Source of the DNA: Pyrobaculum calidifontis JCM 11548
GTDB lineage: Archaea > Thermoproteota > Thermoprotei > Thermoproteales > Thermoproteaceae
Direction: 5' to 3'
DNA: 32,000 nt
Assembly (NCBI RefSeq): GCF_000015805.1
Contig: NC_009073.1
Location: 1-32,000, forward strand
A program made the position numbers and the translations under genes. The notes beneath the pieces were generated by a model. That model did no database searches and was not told where the DNA came from. It saw only the letters and a program-made list of their open reading frames with translations. Shown here piece after piece: positions 31,940 to 32,000 of this stretch (the first letter of the stretch is position 1; each line of letters starts with the position of its first letter).

Positions 31940-32000
31940 ATGCATAACCAAGTAAAGTTAGTACTAGCACTCCTAATAATAACCGCCCTGGGAATAATGG
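31940..32000 (+). CDS. 5' end of a third membrane/secreted protein gene (partial)
   Basis: ATG 31940 encodes MHNQVKLVLALLIITALGIM (hydrophobic signal/anchor). TATA-like ATTTTAAAAA lies 22-31 nt upstream. The ORF runs off the window. Confidence 0.4.
   Translation, partial: MHNQVKLVLALLIITALGIM

Noticed and set aside
1-32000. Search for CRISPR arrays, transposases/integrases, IS termini and long direct repeats
   Set aside because: No regularly spaced repeats, no recombinase-like ORFs and no duplicated flanks were seen. The only repetition is low-complexity T/P-coding sequence (30031-30189) and the NVGN-T domain repeats inside one gene.

Overview
This window looks like a chromosomal segment from a hyperthermophilic crenarchaeon, most consistent with Thermoproteales (Pyrobaculum/Thermoproteus-like). 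That placement is an inference from three things. The gene content is archaeal (Orc1/Cdc6, two RFC subunits, aCPSF1, eS17, proteasome beta, type-2 IDI). Nearly every gene has an A/T-rich TATA-like box 20-30 bp upstream of its start codon, implying leaderless mRNAs. GTG/TTG starts and 1-4 nt start/stop overlaps are frequent. I support about 33 protein-coding genes and two box C/D sRNA candidates (one strong, one weak). I found no rRNA, tRNA, CRISPR array, transposase or integrase. Most of the window is housekeeping: a replication cluster (candidate origin, cdc6, wHTH, rfcL, rfcS), ribosomal proteins (uS7, uL2, eS17, uS2), glyA, fni, cdd, eno, psmB, pyk, cysS, aCPSF1, moaA and a moaC-like gene. 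The parts I consider worth a second look are: (1) ORB-like inverted repeats and an A/T-rich tract directly upstream of cdc6. (2) A membrane-anchored Ser/Thr kinase followed by a zinc-ribbon + FHA (ArnA-like) protein. (3) A 245-aa protein that reads as two tandem MoaC-like halves with the catalytic motifs split between them. (4) A divergent pair of very large, sequon-rich surface proteins sharing a 31-bp promoter region, one with an N-terminal HExxH peptidase-like domain and one with a Thr/Pro stalk and three NVGN-T Ig-like repeats. (5) A low-GC gene with a C-terminal Endo III-like 4-Cys motif, divergent from cdd. (6) A KaiC-like ATPase cluster with small uncharacterised genes. (7) Several GC-rich non-coding gaps (13035-13213, 16565-16810, 24530-24811) that are long for this compact genome. 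All functional calls come from reading motifs by eye; no database search was run.
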